Origin: Myxococcota bacterium
Lineage (GTDB): Bacteria > Myxococcota_A > SURF-8
Length of the DNA: 64,000 nucleotides
Direction of reading: 5' to 3'
Assembly (NCBI GenBank): GCA_963674735.2
Contig: CAXXQS010000001.1
Span: 1,376,001-1,440,000 of the forward strand
The position numbers and the translations under genes were made by a program. The notes beneath the pieces are model-generated. The model did not search any database and was not told the DNA's origin. It saw only the letters and a list, made by a program, of their open reading frames with translations. Positions within the stretch are counted from its first letter, which is position 1. Each line of letters opens with the position of its first letter. Shown one piece after another: positions 63,001 to 64,000 of this stretch.

Positions 63001-64000
63001 GATTGCTGGAGCGCAGTTGTAGAAACTCAATGCCAAGAACCAGCCTGCGACGAAGAGTTGGATACGTGTTTGGCTTTACCGATCCACGAAGGGTTGGAAT
63101 GCAATGATGGCAACCCCGATACTGGGCAGGATATCTGTCGGGATGGGCGTTGCGTAGGCGAAGCCTGCACATGTTTCGAAATCAACACCTGCTGCAATGG
63201 CTGCTTCCCTCGTAATGAAGGAAGTGTTTGTACAGACGACGGTCGCACTTGTACGGACGATGTCTGCAATTCCGGAAGCTGCGAACACTCGATTCTGGAC
63301 GACTGGTGCTTGATCGACAACGTCTGTCTGTCAAATGGAACGGTTGACGAGAGCAACACCTGCCGAACTTGCGACGCAAATGCCGACTCAACAGACTGGT
63401 CATTTCGTGCCGATGGCCAACCTTGTGATGATGGGCAATTCTGCCTGATCGATGAAACCTGCCAGAGTGGAGTTTGCAGCAGTGATGAACCTCGCGATTG
63501 CTCAACTGCGGTAACCGTTCCACAGTGCCAGTCAGCGAGTTGCAACGAGGAACTGGATCAATGCGTCGCATTACCCGCGAACGAAGATCAGACCTGTGAT
63601 GACGGCAACCCGGCAACCGGAGGCGACCACTGTACGAATGGTCTTTGTTTAGGTGAAGGCTGTACCTGCTCACAGATAAACGCTTGTTGTGACGGATGTT
63701 TTCCAATCAACGAATCCCAATCCTGTACAGACGACGGATTGGCTTGTACGCTTGATCGATGCACGGAAGGCCATTGTTCGCACGATCTCTCACCCGGCTT
63801 TTGCCTTATTGACGACGTATGCATTGCGGACGGCACCGATCGGCCCGATTTTCCTTGTCAATACTGCGATGCCTTGATGCCGGACCGCTGGCGTGCCAAG
63901 CCGAATCAAACAAGCTGTGAGGACGGGGCTTTTTGCACGATTGGGGATCATTGTCAAGACGGCGCATGCCTGGCAGATGGACCGCGCGACTGCTCATCCG
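60052..64000 (+). CDS. Very large lipoprotein with about six ASH/choice-of-anchor-D Ig-like domains and Cys-rich repeats (runs off the window end)
   Basis: Not in the ORF track because there is no stop in the window. MNALKHWSNILIIIGICASIVWGC lipobox. Repeated L(D/E)FG...N.G...SNDP domains. CDDEDNDCDGVTDE motif. Same frame at both ends. Confidence 0.88.
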   Translation, partial: MNALKHWSNILIIIGICASIVWGCQSSKATVSNPPADGDTDTAQTQPCDQDHDCTDGWICHQAVCVPSSASPCTSDDECRLDSDCQVDEYCNDLCACKLRDSSDGDSPSDGDESSSSCQDGPQAEVENLLDFGYVPFDMDAMRTLHIRNICENQVLSINNVDIVSDSAEFRLLNAPIEPVILSDTHDVLEIDVLYHPTDIGTDEGTIAISSNDPDGVAPVRLQSAYKGDVSIEATPNPLTFQDIDITAVAEQRTLIVRNVKNGEEDNAVLRVNAAYLESTDSPVFNLTSTSFPFYLGQGSEKEISIRCQPTEAVEFRNDLIIESNDPEEPLYRVELICNGVAPELSLDNVSADFVLDFGTQRLQMETIQSLLLRNSGDAPLNLFEPTLAAGSHSSFTLDTSAFPAEGRGLNPGMTASLPVHFLAENEGVYHGQIRLQSDVPGMETLFVDLLGEAQQIALNLDPALLEFGQVRVGQTLKRTLTIENIGEIPVQILDVSLENETSTIQFDGDPSMILGDLIPGSQTSITLQFAPASRGNALNTLEFETDDPEHPIIQVPLSGMGIAPIIQLTERDNPDFTDQLDFGFITLDRQGQRHLEIHNLGDAILHILDMELATNTADEEFDILQTGVVAVNPNSYASVTLTYNPVGFPGQDLGQLRIASDDSDSPTMIIGLVGTATDQRLSVSPLPPWKFDDSFFGASKHEILRLSNTGLLGVLDITGIEVVEGSEVFTVEPLVQELPYTLYPNQGNWLTIEITFSPPSADLQVSPRDYAGRLRIQSSSYTGELFEDDLEATAVPCPAGCWDNDGNPDDCEYCGCNLTNGGIEICDDEDNDCDGVTDEPGNTLLDNCSPPQNAAAVCLNGACDFVCTDNYHRCGDACYTQDDPAHCGESCENCADDGLTCTSTVCENESCSHVLHEAACLIDGRCYAYNDDNPSNDCEACLPLLSQSGWSSKANGSLCDDKQYCTLNSACQFGSCLGGEDRDCWSAVVETQCQEPACDEELDTCLALPIHEGLECNDGNPDTGQDICRDGRCVGEACTCFEINTCCNGCFPRNEGSVCTDDGRTCTDDVCNSGSCEHSILDDWCLIDNVCLSNGTVDESNTCRTCDANADSTDWSFRADGQPCDDGQFCLIDETCQSGVCSSDEPRDCSTAVTVPQCQSASCNEELDQCVALPANEDQTCDDGNPATGGDHCTNGLCLGEGCTCSQINACCDGCFPINESQSCTDDGLACTLDRCTEGHCSHDLSPGFCLIDDVCIADGTDRPDFPCQYCDALMPDRWRAKPNQTSCEDGAFCTIGDHCQDGACLADGPRDCSS
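62734..64000 (+). repeat. About 165-aa (495-nt) Cys-rich tandem repeat, about 2.5 copies visible
   Basis: GEACTC at 63157 and GEGCTC at 63652. DDG.TC/ACT, CLID and RDC each recur three times. Confidence 0.75.

Noticed and set aside
1-64000. CRISPR arrays, rRNA, IS elements, prophage, defence systems
   Set aside because: No regularly spaced repeats and no cas, transposase, phage or recognisable defence genes were seen.

Overview
Chromosomal window from a diderm deltaproteobacterium, probably Myxococcota-like (MYXO-CTERM tail, Cys-rich surface lipoproteins, Ser/Thr kinase, PP2C). Housekeeping blocks: nadK-recN-PP2C; lysS-lolC/E-lolD-bamA-skp-lpxD-lpxA with divergent yfgM-like/bamB-like genes; pyrG; tRNA-Gln(CTG)/tRNA-Glu(CTC); metY-metX-hom. 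Accessory content: (i) a 9-kb sigma54-driven cluster with a TauE/SafE transporter, a DUF1634-like membrane protein, one intact kinase, one kinase-dead His protein, five receivers with no DNA-binding output, and a shared 'AxAFAEA' tail motif; (ii) a TonB-dependent receptor with two related lipoproteins; (iii) a DUF6029-like beta-barrel with two exported thioredoxins; (iv) Cys-rich lipoproteins, including one with a complete CS-alpha-beta defensin-like module, one with an apparently circularly permuted PPC domain, and a >1300-aa ORF absent from the ORF track; (v) an ErcA-like ADH with a hybrid kinase. Non-coding signals include a phased DnaA-box array at about 1.85-1.95 kb and candidate structured leaders upstream of metY and of the last ORF. 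No CRISPR array, rRNA, integrase or transposase was seen. All family calls come from motif recognition by eye; no database search was run.
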